DNA of 64,000 nt, from positions 124,001 through 188,000 of IMG/VR virus record IMGVR_UViG_3300048597_000634; one strand, written 5' to 3'. The notes under the pieces were generated by a model. The model made no database searches. It was not told the origin of the DNA and was given only the letters and a program-made list of their open reading frames with translations. Below are positions 1 through 9,025 of this stretch, in pieces (position 1 is the stretch's first letter; each line of letters starts with the position of its first letter). Made by a program: the position numbers and the translations under genes.

Positions 1-374
1 GCAGAGCTTACTATGATGTGGTCTTGTTTGCTGAGGTAAGTTAGGTTTTCTGGGCGATTATCATCAGTAACACCATTGATGTGATGTACTTCGACGACGC
101 CTTCTTCAGCCTTGAAACCATTTGAGAGAGCTTTATACCCACCGCAGGCGTAGAAAGCGACTATTTGGGAGACGCCGACTATTTCACCGTTGTTCGTGGT
201 GTGAAAATCAAAGAAACCTGAGCGGGTTAAGGTGCGAAAGACCGACTTATTATCTGCACGTTTAGCGAAGAGTCTGCCAGACTTTTTGCACTTGATGGTT
301 TTAATGACATTGAGAATGGCGCCTAATCGGAGTTTAGCCCGTTCGGCGCCCATGCTAGCATTCTTATTACTCAT
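1..374 (-). CDS. HNH endonuclease (3' end runs off the window)
   Basis: Not in the ORF track. Manual translation from ATG at 374: MSNKNASMG...EVHHINGVTDDNRPENLTYLSKQDH, a typical HNH motif. Confidence 0.8.
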   Translation of the reverse strand, partial: MSNKNASMGAERAKLRLGAILNVIKTIKCKKSGRLFAKRADNKSVFRTLTRSGFFDFHTTNNGEIVGVSQIVAFYACGGYKALSNGFKAEEGVVEVHHINGVTDDNRPENLTYLSKQDHIIVSS

Positions 375-665
375 AGGCTTAGGGATGAATGGTAGACACA
401 CTGATCCTATCGAACACTCAGATAGAACCACGGTTTAAACATTCAGCCCCTACGGCTTTTTATGCACAGATCTTGGGGTGCGCCGGCCTATCATCCCTTG
501 TCTCTAGGATCAGTTCCGATGCTATCTGTCCCGGCGAATTAAGCCCGTAGGCCTACCCTCTTCCGTATGCTGATTAATGGAAGGTCCCACGCCCGGACAC
601 ATAGGGTTGTGGTATCGACATCCGGCCCATGTCCCCAAGAGGATGGTGTCCGGCTTGCCGATAAA
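375..665 (-). ncRNA. Putative structured RNA/leader upstream of the HNH gene
   Basis: GC-rich intergenic region with helices CCGGACAC/GTGTCCGG (593-600/646-653), CCTACGGCTT/AAGCCCGTAGG (449-458/541-551), CGCCGG/CCGGCG (481-486/531-536), plus six complementary blocks between 374-425 and 486-528. Confidence 0.55.
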
Positions 666-675
666 AATAATCATA

Positions 676-1185
676 TCACAGCTTACCTAATCTTTCTAAA
701 CAATCTCTACAAACGCCGCAATGGCGGCAGTCTACTTTGCTGGATAGTATTTGTAAGTCATTATTAGAGCCGAGGTCAACCGTTACAAGACTACCGGAGA
801 AGCCACGTTCAATCTCTTTATAGCGGGACGCTATAGTTAGTCTTTTATTCTCTATTAAGGCTTTTTTCCTAGCTTCTTTCTGCTCTAGAGACTCTAAGCG
901 TAGTCGAACGCCTTTCGTCGGTAAAGCTATGAGGTTGACAGTGGTTGGGAGAACATGTTTGAGATAGTTAAAAACCTGCGGTATTTCTTTAACACGGAAC
1001 ATATACGCAGATCTGGGGCTTTGTACGAAGCGATAGTTGTTTAAGCCGGGCTCTTTTGCTACCCACTGGCTCCGTTTGTTAATCCAGTCAACTCTAATAT
1101 AGCGGGTAGATACTATGTGTGGTCCTGGTTTGTGCACCTTCTCACGAGGTCGTCGCTCTCTCTTAGGTTTAGTTTTTCTCGCCAT
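676..1185 (-). CDS. Hypothetical basic protein with C-terminal CxxC-x-CxxC
   Basis: 169 aa ORF ending CRHCGVCRDC; coupled to the upstream gene. Confidence 0.6.
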   Translation of the reverse strand: MARKTKPKRERRPREKVHKPGPHIVSTRYIRVDWINKRSQWVAKEPGLNNYRFVQSPRSAYMFRVKEIPQVFNYLKHVLPTTVNLIALPTKGVRLRLESLEQKEARKKALIENKRLTIASRYKEIERGFSGSLVTVDLGSNNDLQILSSKVDCRHCGVCRDCLERLGKL

Positions 1186-1715
1186 TAAACTCCTCGAATA
1201 ATATCCACAAATTCAGCAGGTAAGTCACAATTAACTGCCAGGTCTGCCCATTCATCTCTATGTGCTTGAGTAACGCCGGCTAGTTGACAGTACAACGGGA
1301 ATATCTGGCTAAAGTTATCTAGCCCATGGGTAGTAATCATCAGATATGCCAGGTCTAGCTTGCCCGCCAGCGTCGGGTTAATGGTAACTAATGCTAAATC
1401 ATAACTGACTTTAGCTGCGTTGGTAGTAAGGGCGGCGTTAAAGGATATCCAATTGGGGGTAGGGGGCGGTGTTGGTAGGGGTTCTGTGACCCAACCTAAG
1501 ACCCATACACCGTTGACCAAGTCAGGGTGGCTAGCTAGAAATAAGCGGTGGGTTTCCGGGTTGTAAGTAGGTGGCTCAGCAGTGATTACTTCTGCCGCGT
1601 TGTAATCTTCTAAGTAGAAATCTTTTAAGTCGACTGGGAAACTGGTGTTTGGGTAGTCTTGCTGTAAGTCGTAAAGGGTGTAAGGATACTTTTCGTCAGA
1701 TAGTCTAATTAACAT
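1185..1715 (-). CDS. Tail fibre-associated/assembly-like protein
   Basis: YPYT..L..DYPNTSFP and PTYNPETHRL...NGVWV.GW pattern common in phage tail-associated proteins; lies downstream of tail fibre genes. Confidence 0.55.
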   Translation of the reverse strand: MLIRLSDEKYPYTLYDLQQDYPNTSFPVDLKDFYLEDYNAAEVITAEPPTYNPETHRLFLASHPDLVNGVWVLGWVTEPLPTPPPTPNWISFNAALTTNAAKVSYDLALVTINPTLAGKLDLAYLMITTHGLDNFSQIFPLYCQLAGVTQAHRDEWADLAVNCDLPAEFVDIIRGV

Positions 1716-1717
1716 TT

Positions 1718-2563
1718 TTAAACATCCCCTGTGTTAGTAGACGGGAAAGCGCGCCCTGCACCCCATATTATACGTACAGCACCAGCACCACCAGTACCTG
1801 TGTTTGAGTTAGCAACGCCAGCGCCACCACCATAGAATCCTCCATTTCTTACTTCTGCTTGATTAATTCCAGCAATAAGATTCGAACTTTTTCCTCCGTG
1901 CTGTCCCCCACTCCCACCAGATCCTCCATTAATAACTCCTGCAGAATTAGTGCTCCCGTTGTTGGAGCCATTACCTCCTACACCATTTTCTCCTTGTCCT
2001 AATAGTCCTACTCCGCCGCCGCCCGAGCTACCACCACCACCACCGCCAGCGCCACCAAATCCATTACCGCCTAAAATATCAAAATTACTAGAGCCAGTTC
2101 CACCATTTCCGGTGTATCCAGCTGCTCCACCTCCCCCCCCTTGGGCGCTAGCACGGTAATTACCGCCAGTGCCACCACCATCTCCTACTATGATAGTACC
2201 CGGACTTCCACCTGCTGCGCCGCTAGACGCTTCAACCAGCGTAGCTGAATTAGACGCTCTCACGATTTTGACCGTATTCGGACGAATAGTAGAAACACCT
2301 CCGGCACTACAATAAATCTTCAAGGTCTCCCCTGGGGTTACTGGTATATTATTTTTCCAGGCCAACCCTCCACCGCTGCCGCTATAGTATAAACCGCTAT
2401 TACTGTATGAACCACCACCGGCCCCCACGCACACAGCACAAATAGACGTTACATTTGCCGGGACTGTCCAATTTGTTAGTCCGTCAGCAGTGAAAGTCCG
2501 CTGTCCTTGTGGCGTCATTGTTACTCCGCCAGCAAAAAATAAAGATTGACTTATAGGGTCCAT
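1718..2563 (-). CDS. Glycine-rich virion/tail-associated protein
   Basis: WTVP.NVTSI..VCVGAGGG ... GGAGAVRIIWG glycine-rich domain. Confidence 0.7.
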   Translation of the reverse strand: MDPISQSLFFAGGVTMTPQGQRTFTADGLTNWTVPANVTSICAVCVGAGGGSYSNSGLYYSGSGGGLAWKNNIPVTPGETLKIYCSAGGVSTIRPNTVKIVRASNSATLVEASSGAAGGSPGTIIVGDGGGTGGNYRASAQGGGGGAAGYTGNGGTGSSNFDILGGNGFGGAGGGGGGSSGGGGVGLLGQGENGVGGNGSNNGSTNSAGVINGGSGGSGGQHGGKSSNLIAGINQAEVRNGGFYGGGAGVANSNTGTGGAGAVRIIWGAGRAFPSTNTGDV

Positions 2564-2571
2564 ATAGCTTA

Positions 2572-4200
2572 TTAACTATTAAAGTTTACGGATGCAGAGC
2601 CATACCATTTAGTGCCATTATCTCTAGTAACAAAGGTAAAGATATGCACTTTACCCGTCGTCAATACTGGCGCGGTATTGTTAGACCATCTAACGCTGGC
2701 AGGCCAAGTAATCGTCCCACCAGTATGGTTTATCTCTATAGTAAATGAATAAGCGTTGGTGCCAGTGTCAGGGGCAGAAAACGTAAAGGTGGTATTACTA
2801 CTTACCGTCCGAATAAAGTAATTACCTAAGGTCGTCTGGATGTTAGATGCCCCGACTGTGGTTACAGTCCTAGCGTAAGGCTGGGCAATAGCTGCCCCTA
2901 CAAACTCCGTAGTGGCTATTTTAGTAGAACTATCACCGACAGTAGGAGTATTAGCCGTAGGGTTAGTAAGACTAGCACCGCTAAGATTTGCTTTACTAGC
3001 TAGACCATTATTGGCGGTAGTAGCCAGGTCAAAGGCAGTCTTTAGGGCGTTTGCTGTGGCAGCTTGGGTAGTAGAAGTACTGCTCGTCGTGTTGTTGAGT
3101 TGAACTACACCAGCTTGACCAGTAGTAGCACTTTGAATAGTAGCCGGAGTTACGCTAGCTACGTGACCATTAGCATCAAAGGTCATTGACTGGATATAAG
3201 ACAGTCCGGTATTAGAGCTGTTGGTAGCCTTTGGGCTGATAGTGGGGTGTGACGTCAGATAATTAGTTGTATCTAATACCCAAGCACTAGCGCCATTCTT
3301 CCGTAATAACCCGGCGGTACCTGTTAGGTACGAGATATTAGTGAGAATATCATTGGTCGTCTGTTTGGCGTCTAATGCGCTTTGTAGTCCACTGACTGTA
3401 GATATAGCTTGGGTGCCAGTATGGTTGGCTCTAGACCGGTTAGCTGTGTCTCTGGCGTTTAACTGGGTAGTAGTCTCGTAGTCATTAAGAGCGCTGGGTT
3501 GTAACGCTGTAGAGGCTAAAGCACCTTGTGCAGCGGTAGCAAAGTCTTCAATATCAGATAGGGCAGCGGTGCCGAATGCAGGCTTACCGGTGATATCAGT
3601 CCAACCTACGTTAAGAGTTACTTCGCCTAGTTCGTCTAAGTCAATAGCTGCTAACTTTTGTTTTTCTAGTGTGGTGTAGTTTTCTTCAGTAGCAACATAG
3701 TTGGGGTCAATAACTACCCCGGCGTTATACGCCATTACCGAGACACCTATGTCTGCTGCTTTGAGGATAGTGGCGTCGGCGGGCTCTTTGCTATTTACGT
3801 TGTCGGTTAGTTCACCTAGAGCTTGATCTATACCAAATAATGTAGTGCTGAGGTCTGCGATGCTAGATATAGGTTGGGTGCCGGTATGGTTAGCCCGATC
3901 ACGATTAGCTGTGTCTCTGGCGTTTAGTTGGGTCGTCGTCTCGTAGTTGTTAAGGGCGCTCGGTTGTAACGCAGTAGAAGCTAAGGTGCCTTGGGCAGCG
4001 GTAGCAAACTCATTTGAATCAACTAATGCTGCCGTTCCAAATGCAGGTTTATTTGTAATAGTATCCCAGGCTATGGTGATTTCTGTCTGCAACTCACCGA
4101 GCTTTGCTTTCTCTGCGTCAGTATACGCGTTAGTGTCTGGATGGCTTTCGTATAAAGCCTTAATTTGGGCGCTGGTTAGATGACTGACATTGTTGCTCAT
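2572..4200 (-). CDS. Tail fibre protein
   Basis: T/A/S-rich 542 aa; GVVQL...AATANALK and KIATTEFV fibre motifs; internal duplication; C-terminal ITWP..VRW domain. Confidence 0.8.
   Translation of the reverse strand: MSNNVSHLTSAQIKALYESHPDTNAYTDAEKAKLGELQTEITIAWDTITNKPAFGTAALVDSNEFATAAQGTLASTALQPSALNNYETTTQLNARDTANRDRANHTGTQPISSIADLSTTLFGIDQALGELTDNVNSKEPADATILKAADIGVSVMAYNAGVVIDPNYVATEENYTTLEKQKLAAIDLDELGEVTLNVGWTDITGKPAFGTAALSDIEDFATAAQGALASTALQPSALNDYETTTQLNARDTANRSRANHTGTQAISTVSGLQSALDAKQTTNDILTNISYLTGTAGLLRKNGASAWVLDTTNYLTSHPTISPKATNSSNTGLSYIQSMTFDANGHVASVTPATIQSATTGQAGVVQLNNTTSSTSTTQAATANALKTAFDLATTANNGLASKANLSGASLTNPTANTPTVGDSSTKIATTEFVGAAIAQPYARTVTTVGASNIQTTLGNYFIRTVSSNTTFTFSAPDTGTNAYSFTIEINHTGGTITWPASVRWSNNTAPVLTTGKVHIFTFVTRDNGTKWYGSASVNFNS
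3400..4068 (-). repeat. Internal ~68 aa duplication in the tail fibre (about 3400-3603 and 3865-4068)
   Basis: W..IT.KPAFGTAAL....FATAAQG.LASTALQPSALN.YETTTQLNARDTANR.RANHTGTQ occurs twice, 465 nt apart. Confidence 0.9.
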
Positions 4201-4310
4201 TGCGGGTAACAGCGGGACTAGCTTCTGTTACCAACTTAATGGCTTTGTCATAATTGTAATCAGTCACCAACACTAGGGGTTGGGCGGTAGCGCGTTCAAT
4301 ATAAGTGGTG

Positions 4311-4559
4311 TTAGGCATTGCTGTATTGAGGGAGGCTTAAGGTTTCAATTAGCTCGGCTTTGGTTAACCGGCTATACTTCTTAACCTTAGCTACTTTGGC
4401 TAGCTCTTTTAACTCTCGAATAGTGTACTTTGCTAACTTCCGTCGTTGTTTACATTTAGGCGCTGCTAAAACACCTACTGCGACGATATAGCATAACACT
4501 AAAACAATTAGGTCTTCCATGGTATTTCTTGGTTGATTGGTTAGGGGGCGGGGCGCCAA
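4311..4559 (-). CDS. Small membrane protein with Rho N-terminal-like domain
   Basis: Hydrophobic helix followed by TIRELKELAK...KYSRLTKAELI. Confidence 0.65.
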   Translation of the reverse strand: MAPRPLTNQPRNTMEDLIVLVLCYIVAVGVLAAPKCKQRRKLAKYTIRELKELAKVAKVKKYSRLTKAELIETLSLPQYSNA

Positions 4560-4580
4560 GCCCCGCGGTTAGTCGGTGAT

Positions 4581-4889
4581 TTAAAGCTTCATAAAGATAA
4601 GCAGCTTAATCTCATCAGTGGTTTCGTAAGATATGGTAGCCACCTTTATGGTCTGTGTTTTTGGAGTAATCCAAATAGACAAGGAGTCTTCGGCTTGCCA
4701 GATACAAGACCGCATGACTTCAGTCTCTTTATCTATGTATTCTAAGAAGATGCCATGCTCGGTGTCTGCTTCTACGTTGGTGGCTATGGAGCTATTTACC
4801 ATAACGGCGTCGGCATGGTCTATTAGCCTGACTAGGTCTTCAAAGGTAAGGGTCGTATAATGCTGGAAGCTGTTAAGTCTATAAACCAT
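4581..4889 (-). CDS. Hypothetical protein
   Basis: 102 aa ORF in a minus-strand operon. Confidence 0.6.
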   Translation of the reverse strand: MVYRLNSFQHYTTLTFEDLVRLIDHADAVMVNSSIATNVEADTEHGIFLEYIDKETEVMRSCIWQAEDSLSIWITPKTQTIKVATISYETTDEIKLLIFMKL

Positions 4890-4895
4890 AGGGTG

Positions 4896-5420
4896 TCACT
4901 TGATACTGACCATCATTCTGGTTTCAAGACTAGCCCATTCAGTGGCTTGTCCTGACTTAAGAGCCAGCTTGAGCGCCGCTTTGTCAGCAGTAACCTTAAC
5001 CCGTTGGAACTCCGGCGGCAATTTATCTTCTTCCACCTTGAGTACAACGGAGCCCGGCGACTTACGAAGACTCACTACCCCATCTACACCTTCGATCTTA
5101 GTCTTACCGGTGATTTGCATTTGGTTAGCCAAGTATTGCTTAAGACGCTCAGCCCGCCCTTCCGCTGATCGAGCAAGGTCAGTTAACCGTTTGGCTTCAG
5201 CCTTACGCGCTTCAGCTAAGGCAGCCTCATGACGTATATAGGACGCTACTGCTAACACCTTGTCATTGAAGTTTTCTCCAAGGGCAATCCATTGTTGGAA
5301 TAGTGCTTCGCGGGCGGCTTCGTCTAAGTCGTTATTGTCATCTAGGGAATCCACTAAGTGGCGCTCTAGTTCAAGCACCTCTTTAGACAATTCCCACAGC
5401 TTCGAGTCAGTATTGGTCAT
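4896..5420 (-). CDS. Siphovirus Gp157-family protein
   Basis: Coiled coil, K.EAKRL...LKQYL..M...GKTKI...SLRKS..SV...LP.EF...DK.ALK. Confidence 0.8.
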   Translation of the reverse strand: MTNTDSKLWELSKEVLELERHLVDSLDDNNDLDEAAREALFQQWIALGENFNDKVLAVASYIRHEAALAEARKAEAKRLTDLARSAEGRAERLKQYLANQMQITGKTKIEGVDGVVSLRKSPGSVVLKVEEDKLPPEFQRVKVTADKAALKLALKSGQATEWASLETRMMVSIK

Positions 5421-6400
5421 AGTGTCAGGGCTAGTTGTTTAGCTTCGTCGAGTAGTTTGCTGTCAGGTCCAAACCAAATGGAGTTATACCGGTTATCGCG
5501 GTTACTAGACCGGTCTTTAATGGCTTCTGTTACGGCATTAAACGCTGCCCAAGCAGTACCTTCAACACCGTCTAATTGCAGGTCTTCGGAGAACATATAG
5601 TTTTCCAAGCACTTCTTGGTAAAACGGTTTTGTTCTAAACTTACGTCTTCAGGTAGGATATCAAGGCGCTTGGCTGTGTCGATTAGCTGCTTCTCAAATA
5701 GTCGTTCTAAGTAAGAGCGGGTGGCGTTTAAACCCATAGTGCGATTAGCCAGCTCTTTATAGATGGATACTTCCTGCTCGAAACTACGCTTAAATAGGTT
5801 GATAGAAGCCCGTACTTCAGACAATTGTTGCATTTGGCTGGCGGTATGGCGAATAGTTCGGAACTCGCCGCGTTCTGCCATAGCAGCTCGTAAAGTATTA
5901 GAGCACACTACCCGGACATTAGTAAACTTTACAGTGGTGCCAATGGAACCATCATGACTAGTAGCTAATAATAGATAGGCTTTGACGGGGTCGTTAGTAA
6001 CTACCTCACGTTCATTATCTTCAATCTCTGCTAATAAGCAAATCTTCTTTCCAGCGTTAAGGGAAATAGCACTGCTGATAAAACAACCTTCATGGAGGAA
6101 TGGTTCGAAGAACTGGAAGGCTTCAGCATTTTGCAAGGGATGATAGCTAGATGATACACAAGGGTTTAATACGGTATTGTCTGTGTCTCTTACTAGAGCA
6201 AAGTAGTTATCTACAGGGATGACGACATCAGGGTCTACTTCGTCAGTGTAGGCTAGGGGACGTTTACTGACGGTCCAGTCTAGCCCACCGAGGGTAAGGG
6301 CGGTGGGAATATCACGGAGCTTCTCTGGTAAGACAGCGCCTAAACTATGCCAGGCTTCCTTATTGTCAGAGAAGACACCGGATTCAAATTCGTGGGACAT
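5417..6400 (-). CDS. DUF932-family phage/plasmid protein
   Basis: AWH.LG, GLDWTV, Y.PLQN.EAF.F, SHDGS, VRVVCSNTL, GTAW.AFNAVTE. Confidence 0.85.
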   Translation of the reverse strand: MSHEFESGVFSDNKEAWHSLGAVLPEKLRDIPTALTLGGLDWTVSKRPLAYTDEVDPDVVIPVDNYFALVRDTDNTVLNPCVSSSYHPLQNAEAFQFFEPFLHEGCFISSAISLNAGKKICLLAEIEDNEREVVTNDPVKAYLLLATSHDGSIGTTVKFTNVRVVCSNTLRAAMAERGEFRTIRHTASQMQQLSEVRASINLFKRSFEQEVSIYKELANRTMGLNATRSYLERLFEKQLIDTAKRLDILPEDVSLEQNRFTKKCLENYMFSEDLQLDGVEGTAWAAFNAVTEAIKDRSSNRDNRYNSIWFGPDSKLLDEAKQLALTL

Positions 6401-6459
6401 AGGAGTTGATTATTTGTTTGTGATTTGGTGGGTTTAGTAGCCTTTTTGCGTAGCGGAGG

Positions 6460-6783
6460 CTAGTGTTGCCATAAAGTGTAGGATGGGTATTCGAAGTCGA
6501 CAGCTTGGGGATTAGTGGTGTCGTAGTAGGCGAGGCTAAGACGTTTTAGCTTATCTATGGTGATATCGTAGGTGTCATTAGGGGTAGCGGCGGCGCATTC
6601 TAGTAGTACGGAGGTTGAGCGACTCAGAATTAGAGTTAGGTTGCCTTGCCATTCGTCGGGCTTGATGGTGACGAAGTCGTAGCATATGGTTTGGTCGAGG
6701 CGCTGGCTGCATTCTTGTAGCCAGTCACTTTGAGTTGGTACATCTTTAGCAGTAGGTTGATGGTGAGCGATGGCGTTGTTCAT
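6460..6783 (-). CDS. Hypothetical protein
   Basis: 107 aa ORF. Confidence 0.55.
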   Translation of the reverse strand: MNNAIAHHQPTAKDVPTQSDWLQECSQRLDQTICYDFVTIKPDEWQGNLTLILSRSTSVLLECAAATPNDTYDITIDKLKRLSLAYYDTTNPQAVDFEYPSYTLWQH

Positions 6784-6867
6784 TGGATTAGTCAGGTGGT
6801 GATCGTATTTGTTAGGAATATAGTCTCTTCAACACTATTACTCTCGTTGGCTGGCGCAACGGTAGTG

Positions 6868-7509
6868 ATGGTAGATAGTGATACTCAAAAGACTATTAGC
6901 CATGCCACTAGTGATAATGCCCAAGCGCCCGCAACTAAGTCTGAGGACCCTCCTAGTTGGATAGAGAAGGCGGCGGACCCTACGGTATCTATACCTCTGT
7001 TTTTAGCGCTTGTAGGTGCCTTATATTTTGTTACCAGTCGGTTCTATGATGTTCATCAAGAATTAGGTCGTGAGCGCTTTCTACATACGATTGCCAGCTC
7101 TATAGACGACGTTCTTAGTGAACGGTTAGACCCTCGACTAGACAAGGTGGATAAACATATAGAATGGCTGCGGACTGAACTCCAAGAAGTACGCCGCAAG
7201 TTATCCAATATCCAGACCAGGCACTATGCTATTGAGTCTAAGCTGACTGAGGACGAGGAGATTATTGATGAGTACTTTGAGAAAGTAGACGATGAGCTGT
7301 CTGAAATTTTAAGTGAGATAAGTGGCACTCAGATTAGGGTGAGGATTTATCGTAATCGCCGGGCTAATGCTCGAAAAGGGCACACCAGTAGTTGGTATGC
7401 CCGGTATATAGAGCCGACATTAGAAGACTCTAGCCATACTATGTTTGGCGAAGAAACAGAGACTCGGCGTATTTCTGGTCAACCACCTGAGCAGAATCAG
7501 GATAGCTAG
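6868..7509 (+). CDS. Membrane protein with coiled coil (one of two plus-strand genes)
   Basis: TM segment ISIPLFLALVGALYFV followed by a coiled coil; ATG at 6868 avoids overlap with the 6460-6783 ORF. Confidence 0.6.
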   Translation: MVDSDTQKTISHATSDNAQAPATKSEDPPSWIEKAADPTVSIPLFLALVGALYFVTSRFYDVHQELGRERFLHTIASSIDDVLSERLDPRLDKVDKHIEWLRTELQEVRRKLSNIQTRHYAIESKLTEDEEIIDEYFEKVDDELSEILSEISGTQIRVRIYRNRRANARKGHTSSWYARYIEPTLEDSSHTMFGEETETRRISGQPPEQNQDS

Positions 7510-8965
7510 TGTTCATCAACTTAATCCGTTTATACGCGTGCTGCTGTAGGTAAAATGGCTCCTCGTCAAAGAAGTCAATGATGTAGGCGTTTTGTTTAGT
7601 TCCTGATTTGTCTATCCTTAGAGCTCGCCCAATGCGCTGGGTAGTAATCCGTTTATTGGCCTGCCCGGCGCAGTTGATTAACAGTTCTAGCTGGGGTAAG
7701 TCTTCACCTTCGTTAAGGATAGAGCTGGCGATTAGACATTTAAGTTCCCCAGACCGGAAGGCGTCTAAGACCTCCATCCGTTCTTTACCTTTGACATTGC
7801 CGTCGATAAAAGGGACGTCTTTTAGTCCTTGGGCGCGGGCTTCATCTTTTAATATCTGACCATGGACTAACAACTTAACGATTAACAAGACATTACCGCC
7901 GTCAGGATTAGCGTCTAGGAACTGCTTGGCATACTTGATAGCCAGTCGGTTCCTCTTATCGTTATAGACGATGTTAGCCTTATAAACGTCTTCTGGGTCT
8001 GGTTTACCGTTAGGGCTTTTAGGGTAGGTTTCTACCTGCTTACCGTCAGACGTGTTTATCATTTGCACGCCTGGATATTGCTTGACCTGTGGCTTTACTC
8101 TGACGAAGTAGGCTTGTGGTGCGTGGATTACCTTGAGGTTTACCATGACTGACGGAGGCACTATCAAGACCTTAGGTCCTGCAACACCCTCTAGTACCAA
8201 GTCTGCTCCGTCTGATCTGAAGGCTGTTGCACTCAAGGCGAGCCTGTATGCTGTATTAACACAGGCGCTGCTGAGTCTTTGATAGGATTTAGACGCCCCT
8301 TGATGGCACTCGTCTATAACCATTATTTCTTGTAGAGCTAGCTCTTCAGCATATTTACCTTCACAGTGTTTAGCCAGTGAATTGATGATACCTACAGTGA
8401 CACGTCGCCAGATAGACTTGCCATCTCCAATCATACCAACCTCTTCGCCTAGGATGCCCTCTAAGGGTCGCTTGATGTTGTGCAAGAGGTTTACACTTGG
8501 TACGCACACTAGAGCACGTTGGGTAGGGAATTTACTAAGGAAGAATGCTGCCGCCGACGACTTCCCGGAGCCGGTAGGAGACTGTACTACACTTCGTTCG
8601 TGTTTTAGGGCTGTATCTACAATTACCCGTTGATGCTCATAGGCCCAATCGGGCAGCTCCACTGAATTATCTGGTAGCACACGTTTATATAAACACTTAG
8701 CCTCGAACGGCACTTTAAATGCCTCTAGGATACTAGCTACCCGTGGTAATAGCCCAGTGGGGAACTCATGGTAAGCGAGGTCATAACAGCATTCGGTGGG
8801 GTCAATCCAATCAAACTTCTTTTGATGCACCAGGTAAGACTGTGACTTATTCTCCCAAGTAAGGTTAGCTACTATATGGTCAATGACGTTGGGGCTGATA
8901 TCGCCAGTTATACGGGCAGTGGCGGCGTCGAATTCGATAGTTATTGGTTTTACTTTGGTTTCCAT
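7439..8965 (-). CDS. SF2 DNA helicase (UvsW-like)
   Basis: SPTGSGKS, DECH, SAT, EGEDLP, QRIGRALR. Start moved to METKVK because 8972-9000 is a terminator-like hairpin. Confidence 0.9.
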   Translation of the reverse strand: METKVKPITIEFDAATARITGDISPNVIDHIVANLTWENKSQSYLVHQKKFDWIDPTECCYDLAYHEFPTGLLPRVASILEAFKVPFEAKCLYKRVLPDNSVELPDWAYEHQRVIVDTALKHERSVVQSPTGSGKSSAAAFFLSKFPTQRALVCVPSVNLLHNIKRPLEGILGEEVGMIGDGKSIWRRVTVGIINSLAKHCEGKYAEELALQEIMVIDECHQGASKSYQRLSSACVNTAYRLALSATAFRSDGADLVLEGVAGPKVLIVPPSVMVNLKVIHAPQAYFVRVKPQVKQYPGVQMINTSDGKQVETYPKSPNGKPDPEDVYKANIVYNDKRNRLAIKYAKQFLDANPDGGNVLLIVKLLVHGQILKDEARAQGLKDVPFIDGNVKGKERMEVLDAFRSGELKCLIASSILNEGEDLPQLELLINCAGQANKRITTQRIGRALRIDKSGTKQNAYIIDFFDEEPFYLQQHAYKRIKLMNTSYPDSAQVVDQKYAESLFLRQT

Positions 8966-8971
8966 ATTAAT

Positions 8972-9000
8972 AAAAAAGCCATCAATGGTTAGTTGATGGC
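8972..9000 (-). terminator. Intrinsic terminator
   Basis: GCCATCAA/TTGATGGC stem with a U6 tail on the minus strand. Confidence 0.75.
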
Positions 9001-9025
9001 ATGGTTGATTCACAAAGTTAGTGGT

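Noticed and set aside
232-767. Plus-strand ORFs 232-438 and 567-767
   Set aside because: They are antisense to the HNH gene and structured leader, with no recognisable protein features.
1950-2159. Proline-rich plus-strand ORF
   Set aside because: It is the antisense shadow of the glycine-rich gene. Most other plus-strand ORFs in the track are likewise shadows.
2572-4200. Tail fibre duplication as a DGR template/variable repeat pair
   Set aside because: Both copies are in frame, differences are not confined to adenines, and no reverse transcriptase is present in the window.
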